In this document: positions 54,731 to 64,000 of the stretch, piece after piece
Numbering within the stretch: the stretch's first letter is position 1
Layout of the letters: every line of letters begins with the position of its first letter
From: an uncultured Acidobacteriota bacterium
Lineage (GTDB): Bacteria; Acidobacteriota; Thermoanaerobaculia; UBA5066; Gp7-AA6
Direction: 5' to 3'
Length of the DNA stretch: 64,000 nucleotides
Assembly: GCA_963801275.1 (NCBI GenBank)
Contig: CAWDEF010000001.1
Span: forward strand, 1,007,481-1,071,480
The notes under the pieces: generated by a model
What the model saw: the letters and a program-made list of their open reading frames with translations, nothing else
What the model was told of the DNA's origin: nothing
Databases searched by the model: none
Program-made: the position numbers and the translations under genes

Positions 54731-55015
54731 CTACGGCCGGGACGTCTTCGGCCGCTGCAGCTCGATGAGAATCGGATGGTCGGCGTCGGCGAGCGCCAGC
54801 AGCTTCAACAGCTCCGATTCGACCGCGGCTGCGTCCGCTTCGCGACCGACTTCACGATAGAGCCGGGCGAGCTGGAACTGGTTCGGATGGTCGGGATCCC
54901 CTGAAGCCAGGAGGTTCAGAAGGTCCCTTTGAGCTTCCGGGAAGACCCCTGCAACCGCTCGAGCTCGCGGAGGATCGTGTGGTCGGTGTCGGCGAGGGCC
55001 AGGAAACGCCCTCAT
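54731..55015 (-). pseudogene. Possible remnant of a repeat-containing (TPR-like) gene; three degenerate copies of an LLALADxDHxIL-EL unit
   Basis: Direct near-repeats at about 54748-54795 and 54948-54998 (and a third between) encode LKLLALADADHPILIELQ / LNLLASGDPDHPNQFQL / LALADTDHTILRELE; no complete ORF with start and domain. Confidence 0.3.
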
Positions 55016-55053
55016 CCCGGCCCCGTCCCGGACGGAGAGGGTGGAGAGAGCGG

Positions 55054-55775
55054 CTACTCCCCCAGATAGGCCTCTTTGACCCGAGGGTTCGCGGCGACGT
55101 CCGCGGACGGGCCTTCGAGGGCCACGGTTCCCGTTTCCAGGACATAGGCGCGGTTGGAGTGCTTGAGCGCCGCGTTGGCGTTCTGCTCGACGAGCAGCAC
55201 CGGCGTGCCTTCCTCGTGGATCTCCTCGATCGCCTCGAAGATCGTGTGGACGAGAAGCGGCGCGAGGCCGAGCGACGGCTCGTCCAAGAGCAGAACCTTC
55301 GGGCGGGACATCAGGGCGCGGCCGATCGCGAGCATCTGCTGCTCGCCTCCCGAGAGGGTTCCGGCCGTCTGCTTGTCGCGTTCCTTGAGGCGCGGAAAAA
55401 TCGCAAAGACTTTCTGGAAGTCCGCATCGATCTCACGGTCGCGGCGCGCGTACGCGCCCATTTCGAGGTTTTCCCGCACGGAAAGGTTCGCGAAGACCGC
55501 GCGGCCCTCAGGGACCAGGATCAGGCCGCGGCGAACCAGCCGGAACGTGGGCACGGCGCGCGTGGGCTCTCCCTGAAATCGGACCTCTCCCCCGGAAGGC
55601 GCCACGAGGCCCATGATCGTCCGCAGGGTCGTCGACTTGCCGGCCCCGTTGGCGCCGATGAGCGTCACGATCTCGTCCCGCATCAGCCGGACGGAGACGC
55701 CCTTGAGCGCCTTGATCGCGCCGTAGGACACGGAGAGGTCCCGGACCTCGAGGATCGGCTCGGCCTTCTCCCCCG

Positions 55776-55779
<4 letters not shown>
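55054..55779 (-). CDS. livF: Branched-chain amino acid ABC transporter ATP-binding protein LivF
   Basis: GTG start overlapping livG stop (GTGA); GANGAGKSTTL, LSGGEQQMLAIGRA, LLLDEPSLGLAP. Confidence 0.85.
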
Positions 55780-56537
<758 letters not shown>

Positions 56538-56544
56538 CGCGAGA

Positions 56545-57555
56545 CTAGCCGCGGGCGGGCCGCGCGTCGACGCCCAGACGCCAGCGTCGCGGGAGCAGAT
56601 CGGTGAACTCGCGGTGGCCGAGGAGCCCCTGGGGCCGGACGATCATCAGGACCACGAGAAGGAAGGAGAAGACGACCATCCGGTATTGCGCAAACTCCCG
56701 AAGCCCCTCGGTCAGGCCGATGTACAAGACCGCTCCCAGGACCGAGCCGGTGATCGAGCCCAGACCACCGATCACGATCATGATGATGATTTCGATCGAC
56801 TTGATGAACGTGAAGGAATTGGTGTGCAGGTACATCAGGTAATGGCCGAAGAGCCCGCCCGCGATCCCCGCAAGCGCCGAGGAGACGATGAAGGAGATGA
56901 CCTTGCTCCTGGTCGTGTCGACCCCCATCGCCTCCGCCGCGATCTCGTCCTCGCGAATCGCGATCAGGGTGCGGCCGAAGGAGGAGTGAACGGTGCGGGA
57001 CACGACCAGGATCGTGATGCCCGCGAAGAGATAGATCCAGAAGAAGTTCGCGAGCTTCGGAATTCCCGAAAGCCCACGCGCACCCCCGACCGCGTCGATG
57101 TTCAGGATAAAGACGCGAATGATCTCTCCGAAGCCGAGCGTCACGATCGCCAGATAGTCCCCCCGCAGGCGAAGGGACGGCACGCCCACGAGAAACCCGG
57201 CGATGGCCGCCAGAAGCGCCCCGAGCGCGAGGCCCGAAAGCAACAGCACGCCGTCCTGGGCCTGGACGGGCAGGAACCCGAGCGCCGCGCGCATCCGGTC
57301 CCCGAAGGTCACCGTCAGGAAGGCCGACGAATACGCCCCGATCGCCATGAAGCCGGCGTGGCCGATCGAGAACTGTCCCGTGAAGCCGTTGATCAGGTTC
57401 AGGCTCACAGCAAGAATGATGTTGATCCCGGCCAGGCAGACGACCTGGAGGACATAGGGCGAAATCCGATAGCCCGGCACGAGCGCTCCGGTGAAAAGCG
57501 CGTTGGCGAGCCACAGGCCAACGACCACGGCCACGACCGTGGCGGCGCGTTTCAC
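56545..57555 (-). CDS. livM: Branched-chain amino acid ABC transporter permease LivM
   Basis: 336 aa polytopic; ATGA overlap with livH; typical LivM ...FGHYLMYLHT... region. Confidence 0.85.
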   Translation of the reverse strand: MKRAATVVAVVVGLWLANALFTGALVPGYRISPYVLQVVCLAGINIILAVSLNLINGFTGQFSIGHAGFMAIGAYSSAFLTVTFGDRMRAALGFLPVQAQDGVLLLSGLALGALLAAIAGFLVGVPSLRLRGDYLAIVTLGFGEIIRVFILNIDAVGGARGLSGIPKLANFFWIYLFAGITILVVSRTVHSSFGRTLIAIREDEIAAEAMGVDTTRSKVISFIVSSALAGIAGGLFGHYLMYLHTNSFTFIKSIEIIIMIVIGGLGSITGSVLGAVLYIGLTEGLREFAQYRMVVFSFLLVVLMIVRPQGLLGHREFTDLLPRRWRLGVDARPARG

Positions 57556-58448
57556 ACCTTCTCCTTCTGGACGCGCCCGAGGATCCCCTGCGGGCGCAGC
57601 AGCAGGACCAGGATCAGGATCCCGAACGCGATCGCGTCCCGGTAGGTCGAGGACAGATACCCGACGACCATGACTTCGGAGACGCCGATCAGGAGGCCCC
57701 CGAGAACGGCGCCGGGGACGTTTCCGATTCCGCCCAGAACCGCGGCGACGAAAGCCTTCAGACCGTAGACGATCCCCATCAGCGGATCGATCTTGGGAAT
57801 CTGCATGCCGATGAGGACGCCTCCCGCCGCGGCCAGGGCGGAGCCCAGGGCGAAGGTGATCGCGATGATCGCATCCGTCGAGATGCCCATCAGCCTCGAG
57901 GCGTCGATGTTGAAGGACACGGCGCGCATCGCCTTGCCGGTGCGCGTCCTCATGATGAAGAAGCGCAGGCCGAGCATCAGAAGAAACGACACGACGATGA
58001 CGGTCAGCTGCTCACTCGTAAAACGCACGTTTCCGAAGCGCAGGTCGGCGCGAGGCGCGAGTGACGGAAAGAACTTCGGGTCCGGCCCGAAAACGAGCTG
58101 CGCCCCGTTCTCGATGAAGAGCGACACCCCGATCGCGGTGATCAGGAGGGTCAGGCGCGAGGCCCGGCGCACCGGCCGGTAGGCGAAGCGCTCGATCAGC
58201 ACGCCGATGACGGCGCAGGTCAGCATCGAGCCGGCCATCACGATCAGCGCGGAGACGAGCGACGGCTCGCTGCCCTGGAGCTTGCGCGACAGGTAGTAGC
58301 CCGTGTAGGCGCCCAGCATGTAGACGTCGCCGTGGGCGAAATTGATCAGACGCAGCACGCCGTAGACCATGGTGTAACCGAGGGCGATCAGCGCGTAGAT
58401 CGACCCGAGCGACACCCCGTTGACGACCTGCTGGAGAAACGTGCTCAT
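57552..58448 (-). CDS. livH: Branched-chain amino acid ABC transporter permease LivH
   Basis: 298 aa; MSTFLQQVVNGVSLGSIYALIALGYTMVYGVL canonical LivH N-terminus. Confidence 0.85.
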   Translation of the reverse strand: MSTFLQQVVNGVSLGSIYALIALGYTMVYGVLRLINFAHGDVYMLGAYTGYYLSRKLQGSEPSLVSALIVMAGSMLTCAVIGVLIERFAYRPVRRASRLTLLITAIGVSLFIENGAQLVFGPDPKFFPSLAPRADLRFGNVRFTSEQLTVIVVSFLLMLGLRFFIMRTRTGKAMRAVSFNIDASRLMGISTDAIIAITFALGSALAAAGGVLIGMQIPKIDPLMGIVYGLKAFVAAVLGGIGNVPGAVLGGLLIGVSEVMVVGYLSSTYRDAIAFGILILVLLLRPQGILGRVQKEKV

Positions 58449-58561
58449 GGGCGTTGCGCGCCGCCGGTCACGGGCCGGGAGCCCCGCGCCGGGTCCGGGG
58501 CGGGCGCGACGGGCCGTGGGGCGTCCGCACCGGAGACCTCAACCCCTCAAAGGGCCTTGGG

Positions 58562-59713
58562 CTATAGCCCCACCGACTCGGGCTTGATCGTCTCGACGAG
58601 CGTGAACTTCCCGTTCTCGATCTTCAGGATGACGGCCGGCTTGACCGCGTTGCGGTCCTTGTTGATCGTGATCGTGCCGGTCACGCCCTGAAAATCCTTC
58701 GTCGACGCCAGAGCCTCGCGCACCTTGGCGCCGTCGGCCGAGCCCGCCCGTCCGATCGCGTCCACGAGGATCCGGGCCGCGTCGTAGCCGAGCGCCGCCA
58801 GAGCGTCGGGCGTTCCGTTGTACCGCCGCTTGTACTCGGCGACGAATTTCTGCACCATCGGCGAGGGGTCGTCGGTCGAGTAGTGGTTGGAGAAGTAACA
58901 GCCGTTCAACGCCTCGCCGCCGATCTCCCAGAGCTTCGGAGAGTCCCAGCCGTCGCCTCCCAGGAGGGGCGCCGTGATCCCGAGCTCCCGGGCCTGGCGG
59001 GCGATGGTGCCGACCTCGGTGTAGTAGCCCGGAACGTAGATCAGCTCGGGATTGGCCGCCTTGATCTGGGTGAGCTGTGCGTGGAAGTCCGAGTCGCCCT
59101 CGCTGTAAGACTGCTCGGCCACGACCTCGCCGCCCATTTGCTTGAATTTCTGACGAAAGAAGGTCTGCAGGCCGACCGAATAGTCGTTGCGCACGTCCAC
59201 GAGGATCGCGACCTTCTTCACCTTGAGCGTGTCGAAGGCGAACTTCGCCGCCACCGCTCCCTGGAAGGGATCGGTAAAGCACACACGGAAGATGAAGTCT
59301 CCGACCTGGGTGACGCGCGGGTTGGTGGACGAGGGCGAGACCATTGGAATCTGGGCCGCCTGAGCGATCGGCGCGGCGGCGAGCGACCGGGAGGAGGAGA
59401 CCTCGCCGAGCAGCGCCGCGACGTGGTTCTGGTTGACGAGCTTGGTGGCCGCGGTGGCCGCCTCCTCGGGCTTGGACTGGTCGTCCTCGACGTACAGTTT
59501 GAGCTTCTTGCCGAGCACGCCGCCCGCCATGTTGATCTCGTCGAAAGCCATCTTGATCGCGTTGTCCGTCGAGATGCCGAAGGTCGCGGTCGTACCGGTC
59601 AGCGAGCCGTACTCGCCGATCGGAATCTCATCGCCCGCCCCGCGCTTGCCGCACGCCGCGGCCGAGAGAAATGCGGCCGAAAGCCCGGCCGCAACGCACC
59701 AGCGAAGCCTCAT
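58562..59713 (-). CDS. livK: Branched-chain amino acid ABC transporter substrate-binding protein (LivK/LivJ family) lipoprotein
   Basis: Start MRLRW with AGGAGG SD; signal + lipobox LSAAACG; Peripla_BP_6-like sequence. Confidence 0.85.
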   Translation of the reverse strand: MRLRWCVAAGLSAAFLSAAACGKRGAGDEIPIGEYGSLTGTTATFGISTDNAIKMAFDEINMAGGVLGKKLKLYVEDDQSKPEEAATAATKLVNQNHVAALLGEVSSSRSLAAAPIAQAAQIPMVSPSSTNPRVTQVGDFIFRVCFTDPFQGAVAAKFAFDTLKVKKVAILVDVRNDYSVGLQTFFRQKFKQMGGEVVAEQSYSEGDSDFHAQLTQIKAANPELIYVPGYYTEVGTIARQARELGITAPLLGGDGWDSPKLWEIGGEALNGCYFSNHYSTDDPSPMVQKFVAEYKRRYNGTPDALAALGYDAARILVDAIGRAGSADGAKVREALASTKDFQGVTGTITINKDRNAVKPAVILKIENGKFTLVETIKPESVGL

Positions 59714-59842
59714 CTCTTTCCTCCTCAACCCGATTGTCCGAAAGACGCGGTATTGTTTCGCAGGGGTGCCCCAAAGTCAAAACCCCAATTCGATCAATCG
59801 TTTCGGATAGAATCCGCGTGGATGACGTCGACTCCGCCGGCA

Positions 59843-61183
59843 AGCCGGGAGAGGGCCGGAACCGATCCGGCCCCCCGCGTCCGGCCCCGCAGCCAGCATC
59901 CGATCTCCCGCAAGCAGATCGACCCGGACGCGCTCAAGGTGCTCTACCGGCTCTCGGGAGCCGGGTTCAAGGCGTACCTGGTGGGAGGAAGCGTTCGGGA
60001 CCTGCTTCTTTCGCGCGTCCCCAAGGACTTCGACATCGGCACCGACGCTCACCCTTCGGCGATCCGGCGCCTCTTCCGTAACTGCCGCCTCATCGGCCGC
60101 CGCTTCCGCCTCGCCCACATCCTCTTTGCCGACGGCAAGGTCGTCGAGGTCGCCACGTTCCGGCGGCGACCCGAACCCGTCAAGCCGGGTGCGCCGGAGG
60201 AGCTCCTGATGACCTCCGACAACACATTCGGGACGGCTCGCGAGGACGCGCTGCGCCGCGACTTCACCGTCAACGGGCTCTTCTACGACATCTCCGACTT
60301 TTCGATCCTCGACTACGTCGGGGGCCTGGACGACCTCGAGGCCGGGCTGATTCGCACGATCGGAGATGCCGAGATCCGTTTCCAGGAGGATCCCGTTCGG
60401 ATGCTTCGCGCCGTCGAGTTCGCGAGCCGCCTCGGGTTTGCGATCACGCCGGACGCCTACGAAGCGATCCTGGACCACCGCAAGGAGATCGCCAAGTCCG
60501 CTGCCCCGCGGGTCACCGAAGAGATCGTGCAGATGCTGCGGGGAGGCCACGCGCTCCCGACCTTCCTGCTGCTGCGCGAGGTGGGGCTTCTCGACGTCCT
60601 GCTTCCGGAGCTCGCCTCCGTCCTCCGTGAGATCGACCCCGAGCATCCGCACGGCACGGGGCACCTGTTCTGGGCCATGCTCGACGTGCTCGACGCGGAG
60701 CGTCGCCGCGGGCGCGGCTTCGAGGATGCCGTGCTCTTCGCGCTGCTCGTTCTGCCGGTCGTTCGCGCCGCCCTTTCCCGGCGCGCCCCGGACGGCGAGC
60801 CTTCTCCCGCGCTTCTCACGACGGTGCTCGAGGAGATCGTGCCTCCCGTCGCCATTCGGATGGCCTGGCCGCACGCGGTCTCCCACCGGATCCAGCAGGC
60901 ACTCACGCTCGTCGGGAGGCTCTCGCACCGGCCCGACAACAAGATCGCGACACGTCGCCTCGTCTTCCGGGACTCCTTCCCGGCGGCACTCGCCCTCTTC
61001 GAGCTTCGGGCGATGGCGACCGGGCGCGGGGAGGATCTCGCGCGCGAATGGCGCAGCCTCTTCGAACGCATGCAGCGCGCCAGAGAAAGCTTCGAGGCCG
61101 AGACGGGGCTCGCGGCTCCGCCGGCCGCCGCGGGAGCGCCGCCGCGCAAGCGCCGACGGAGGCGTCGGGGCGGGAGAAGGTGA
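59843..61183 (+). CDS. pcnB: Poly(A) polymerase I (polynucleotide adenylyltransferase) PcnB
   Basis: Head domain GGSVRDLLLSRVPKDFDIGTDA...RLAHILFADG, body PEHPHGTGHL-like region, Arg-rich C-terminal tail PRKRRRRRRGGRR typical of PcnB rather than CCA-adding enzyme. Confidence 0.8.
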   Translation, partial: SRERAGTDPAPRVRPRSQHPISRKQIDPDALKVLYRLSGAGFKAYLVGGSVRDLLLSRVPKDFDIGTDAHPSAIRRLFRNCRLIGRRFRLAHILFADGKVVEVATFRRRPEPVKPGAPEELLMTSDNTFGTAREDALRRDFTVNGLFYDISDFSILDYVGGLDDLEAGLIRTIGDAEIRFQEDPVRMLRAVEFASRLGFAITPDAYEAILDHRKEIAKSAAPRVTEEIVQMLRGGHALPTFLLLREVGLLDVLLPELASVLREIDPEHPHGTGHLFWAMLDVLDAERRRGRGFEDAVLFALLVLPVVRAALSRRAPDGEPSPALLTTVLEEIVPPVAIRMAWPHAVSHRIQQALTLVGRLSHRPDNKIATRRLVFRDSFPAALALFELRAMATGRGEDLAREWRSLFERMQRARESFEAETGLAAPPAAAGAPPRKRRRRRRGGRR

Positions 61184-61249
61184 CGGGCGGCGGGAGATGG
61201 CGGCGAATAATCCGGTGATCGCGGGAATTCCCCAATATCATTAGGCGCA

Positions 61250-62152
61250 ATGTTCCTCTCCCAGAACTTTCTCGGGATCCCCGAAGCCGAGCACACGCTC
61301 GAGAAGAGCCGGGTCGTGGTCCTGCCGGTCCCCTACGAACGCACCGTCTCCTATGGCGTCGGAACGAAGAACGGCCCGGGCGCCATCATCGAGGCCTCGC
61401 ACTATGTCGAGCTCTACGACGACGAGCTCGACGAGGAGACCTATCGGATCGGCATCCACACCCTTCCGGCCTGGCTTCCGGAGAACATGGAGCCCGCCTC
61501 CTGTGTCGCCGAGCTCCAGGGCATCGTGGCGGGCGTCCTCGAGCAGTCCAAGTTCGTGCTGACGCTCGGCGGCGAACACTCGATCGCGCGCGGACCGATC
61601 GCCGCGCATCGGGACCGCTACCCCGCCCTGTCGATCCTCCACTTCGATGCCCACGGAGACCTGCGCGACGAGTACGAAGGCCAGAAGTATTCGCACGCGT
61701 GCGCGGCGCGGCGATGGGTGGAGCTGGACCTGCCGACCGTGCAGGTCGGGATCCGCTCGATCTCCAGGGAAGAAGTCGAGTTCGTCCGCCAGAAGGGCAA
61801 TATCCGTGTCGTTTCCAACCGTGAGATGCACCGCTCGGACGACTGGATCGACGGCGCCTTCGGGCTGCTGTCCGACGAGGTTTACGTCACCTTCGACGTG
61901 GACTTCTTCGACGGGTCGCTCGTGCCGGGCACCGGCACGCCCGAGCCCGGCGGCGGGACCTACGACCAGGCACTGAACATCCTGCGCCGCCTCGCCATCT
62001 CCCGCCGCATCGTGGGCGCCGACGTGGTGGAACACTCTCCCGTCCCGGGCAACCGCGCGCCCGATTTCATGGTCGCCAAGCTCTGCTACAAGTTGCTCGG
62101 CTACGCGCACTTTCCCGCGAAGACTCGACACCCCGTCCTCTCTCCCGAGTAG
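61250..62152 (+). CDS. speB: Agmatinase (arginase/ureohydrolase family)
   Basis: 300 aa; Mn-binding motifs LGGEHSI, ILHFDAHGDL, DVDFFD; SpeB-sized. Confidence 0.85.
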   Translation: MFLSQNFLGIPEAEHTLEKSRVVVLPVPYERTVSYGVGTKNGPGAIIEASHYVELYDDELDEETYRIGIHTLPAWLPENMEPASCVAELQGIVAGVLEQSKFVLTLGGEHSIARGPIAAHRDRYPALSILHFDAHGDLRDEYEGQKYSHACAARRWVELDLPTVQVGIRSISREEVEFVRQKGNIRVVSNREMHRSDDWIDGAFGLLSDEVYVTFDVDFFDGSLVPGTGTPEPGGGTYDQALNILRRLAISRRIVGADVVEHSPVPGNRAPDFMVAKLCYKLLGYAHFPAKTRHPVLSPE

Positions 62153-62308
62153 CCCGCCGGGAGCGAAAACGCGGAGATCGGAGGCATCTCTTTGGGCCGA
62201 AAAGGCTTACGGGAATGGCTTTCCGTCGGACGCGTGGCGCCCGCCCGCGGGTCCTTCAAAACAATGAACCTTCTTCCAGCGGATGCGTCTTGAGGGGATG
62301 AGGAAGCG

Positions 62309-62920
62309 TTGAGCGTGCCCAACGACAAGGACCTCGTCGAGCGCTGCCGCAAGGGCGACGACGAGGCCTGGAGAGAAATGGTGGACCAACTGGGCCAGAG
62401 GGTTTACTCCGTCGCCTACCACTTCAGCTTGAAGCGGGAGGATGCGGAGGAGCTCTCGCAGGAGATCTTCCTGAAGATCTTCGAGAACCTGCACCGCTAC
62501 GACGGCGGCTACCCCCTGGTCGCGTGGGTCGTGTCTCTCGCCCGCAATCTCTGCATCGACCGGTACCGCCGCCGCAAGCGCGAGCGCTCCTTCCGATTCG
62601 TCTCGGACGACGCGGTCGCCCCGATGCTGCAGTCCGGGGACGACCCGGCGGCGGCGGCCATCCAGAAGGAACGCACGAAGCTCCTGTTCTGGGCCCTCTC
62701 CGAGATCCCCGACGACCTCGCCGAAATCCTGGTGCTGCGCGACCTGGAGGCGCTCTCCTACGACGAGATCGGAAAGGCTCTGGACCTGCCGGAGGGCACG
62801 GTCAAGTCGCGCCTGTTCCGCGCACGCGCCGAGGTGGCCCGCAAGGTGCGCGAACGGCACCAGAGCGCCGGCCCCGGCGCCATGGCCACCCTGGCCGTGG
62901 CCGTGGGGGGATTCGTATGA
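62309..62920 (+). CDS. ECF-type RNA polymerase sigma-70 factor
   Basis: 203 aa; region 2 ...DAEELSQEIFLKIFENLHRYDG...AWVVSLARNLCIDRYRRRKRE, region 4 LSYDEIGKALDLPEGTVKSRLFRARAEV. Confidence 0.85.
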   Translation: MSVPNDKDLVERCRKGDDEAWREMVDQLGQRVYSVAYHFSLKREDAEELSQEIFLKIFENLHRYDGGYPLVAWVVSLARNLCIDRYRRRKRERSFRFVSDDAVAPMLQSGDDPAAAAIQKERTKLLFWALSEIPDDLAEILVLRDLEALSYDEIGKALDLPEGTVKSRLFRARAEVARKVRERHQSAGPGAMATLAVAVGGFV

Positions 62921-63750
62921 GCGCCGCCTGCCGCGACCTCGACCGCCTGCTCGCCGCCGGACGCGAGGCCGATTTCGCGACCCACGGCGCGTCCTGCGCG
63001 ACCTGCGGTGCGCTCGCGCGCGAGATGGAGCGCAACGTCGAGACGGCCGGCCGCCTCCGGGCCCCGGTGCCGAGTCGAGAGCTGCTGCGCTCGCTCTACG
63101 CGATCCCACAGCAGACGGTTTCCTGCGAAGCGGCGCCGGAGCTTCTGGCGCGCGCCGCCGAAGAGGAACTCGCCGTTTCCGACCAGACGCGTCTGACGCG
63201 CCATCTCTCCCGCTGCGAGGCATGCGCTTCCGCCGCCGGAGTCCTCGGGGTCGCGCGCGAGCTTTCGCCGCCGACGCCCGCCCCCTGGTTCGCCACGCGC
63301 CTGGTGGCTTCTCGGCCAGCGGTGCCCGCGGCACAGGCTCGAAAGGCGCGCGGCTTTCTTTTCGGGCCGCGCGGGGCCATCGCGGTCGCGTACGCGGCGG
63401 CCGTCGTCGTGATGTTCCTGGGACTGAACCCGGCCGACCTCGCTCGCAAGACGGGCACTGCCCGGCTCGAGCAGACCGCGCGCGCCGGCGTTCAGGTGGC
63501 CCGAAACACGGTCGTGGATCACTTCGGAGCCTTCCAGGAGAAGGCCTTCCGGACGTTCGAGGCCGTGAAGGGGCGCGTGAGCGGCTACGGCCGCGCGGCA
63601 CTGTCCAACGCTCTGGCTCTGGTCATGAGAAGTGATTCTTCGCGCCGCCCGTCGCGTCCGCGCAACGAGGACGGAAGCGGCGCATGGAAGCAGTACGAAA
63701 CCGAAATCTGGACGTGGCGGGCCGACGGCTCGTCAGGAGGTCAATCATGA
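62917..63750 (+). CDS. Zinc-finger (ZAS-type HxxxCxxC) anti-sigma factor with one TM helix
   Basis: ATGA overlap with sigma stop; HLSRCEACASAAG motif; predicted TM AVAYAAAVVVMFLGL. Confidence 0.7.
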   Translation: MSAACRDLDRLLAAGREADFATHGASCATCGALAREMERNVETAGRLRAPVPSRELLRSLYAIPQQTVSCEAAPELLARAAEEELAVSDQTRLTRHLSRCEACASAAGVLGVARELSPPTPAPWFATRLVASRPAVPAAQARKARGFLFGPRGAIAVAYAAAVVVMFLGLNPADLARKTGTARLEQTARAGVQVARNTVVDHFGAFQEKAFRTFEAVKGRVSGYGRAALSNALALVMRSDSSRRPSRPRNEDGSGAWKQYETEIWTWRADGSSGGQS

Positions 63751-64000
63751 GTGACAACCCGAGCTTTCAGGCCCCCGGGCCGCCACCGCCGGCGGCGCCC
63801 CCGCCCGCCCCGCCGACACCGCCCCCGGTCGTTGCGCCGGTGTTCGTCGAGCGCAAGTCTCCCGGTCTCGCGGGTTTCCTCTCGATGTTCCCGGGCCTCG
63901 GGCATCTGTATCTCGGCCTCTACCAGAGGGCCTTCGCGATCGGCGGTGCCTTCATTCTTCTGATCACCTTCACTTCGCACGGCCGCGCCGGAGAGTTCTT
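63747..64000 (+). CDS. Partial (3' truncated) Pro-rich membrane protein, ATGA-coupled to anti-sigma gene
   Basis: ATG 63747 overlaps upstream TGA; MSDNPSFQAPGPPPPAAPPPAPPTPPPV... then hydrophobic GLAGFLSMFPGLGHLYLGLYQRAFAIGGAFILLI; runs off window. Confidence 0.4.
   Translation, partial: MSDNPSFQAPGPPPPAAPPPAPPTPPPVVAPVFVERKSPGLAGFLSMFPGLGHLYLGLYQRAFAIGGAFILLITFTSHGRAGEF

Noticed and set aside
58883-61183. 766-aa plus-strand ORF presented as one protein
   Set aside because: N-terminal 320 codons are antisense to livK and low-complexity; real gene is pcnB starting at ATG 59843

Overview
This is a high-GC (about 68%) bacterial chromosomal segment that is densely coding and mostly metabolic. 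No transposase, integrase or CRISPR array was seen. A TonB-dependent receptor with an N-terminal carboxypeptidase-regulatory-like domain suggests an Acidobacteria-like source. All homology calls below come from reading motifs in the translated ORFs; no database search was run. Because the sequence was read by eye, some coordinates may be off by one.

Main content, 5' to 3':
- 1..919: C-terminal end of a DUF294-type nucleotidyltransferase abutting a DnaQ-like 3'-5' exonuclease.
- 945..5449: a CPA2 cation/proton antiporter, a DUF4212 protein and an ActP-like sodium:solute symporter with a candidate leader ORF, then two small membrane proteins.
- 5629..11219: a carbohydrate-type ABC transporter (TAT-signal binding protein, ATPase, two permeases) and a porin-like outer membrane protein.
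- 11277..13190: acetyl-CoA synthetase.
- 13311..20212: a complete respiratory formate dehydrogenase locus, fdhD-fdnG-fdnH-fdnI-fdhE plus a hemerythrin-like gene. fdnG carries an in-frame UGA selenocysteine codon with a candidate SECIS hairpin.
- 20209..22347: a convergent methyltransferase-moaA operon with a possibly coupled small ORF.
- 22548..27090: a redoxin, a ChlI-like AAA+ ATPase, a REP-like palindromic element, an HpcH/HpaI aldolase, a vWA protein and a PH-like membrane protein.
- 27087..28126: a translationally coupled DoxX/MauE and rhodanese pair.
- 28245..31260: tRNA-Asn(GTT), an MBL-fold RNase Z-like gene, queA and a homocysteine S-methyltransferase.
- 31264..32820: glnA with an intrinsic terminator, a sigma-54 promoter and NtrC-type palindromes.
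- 32825..51569: a large polyamine / GABA catabolism cluster. It holds a PuuB-like FAD oxidoreductase, two PatA-like aminotransferases, an APC permease, gabT, a saccharopine-dehydrogenase-family enzyme, two aldehyde dehydrogenases, potDCBA and a TonB-dependent receptor.
- 51696..54518: an HD-domain protein, pckA and a BON-domain lipoprotein.
- 55054..59713: the livKHMGF branched-chain amino acid ABC transporter operon.
- 59843..64000: pcnB, agmatinase speB, and an ECF sigma / zinc-finger anti-sigma pair followed by a partial membrane protein.

Observations most worth a second look:
- the selenoprotein fdnG;
- the ChlI-like AAA+ ATPase and vWA protein separated by an aldolase and a REP element;
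- the DoxX-rhodanese pair;
- the polyamine cluster with its embedded saccharopine-dehydrogenase-like enzyme;
- the DUF294-exonuclease pair next to the DUF4212/symporter genes;
- the REP-like palindrome family;
- the glnA regulatory region.
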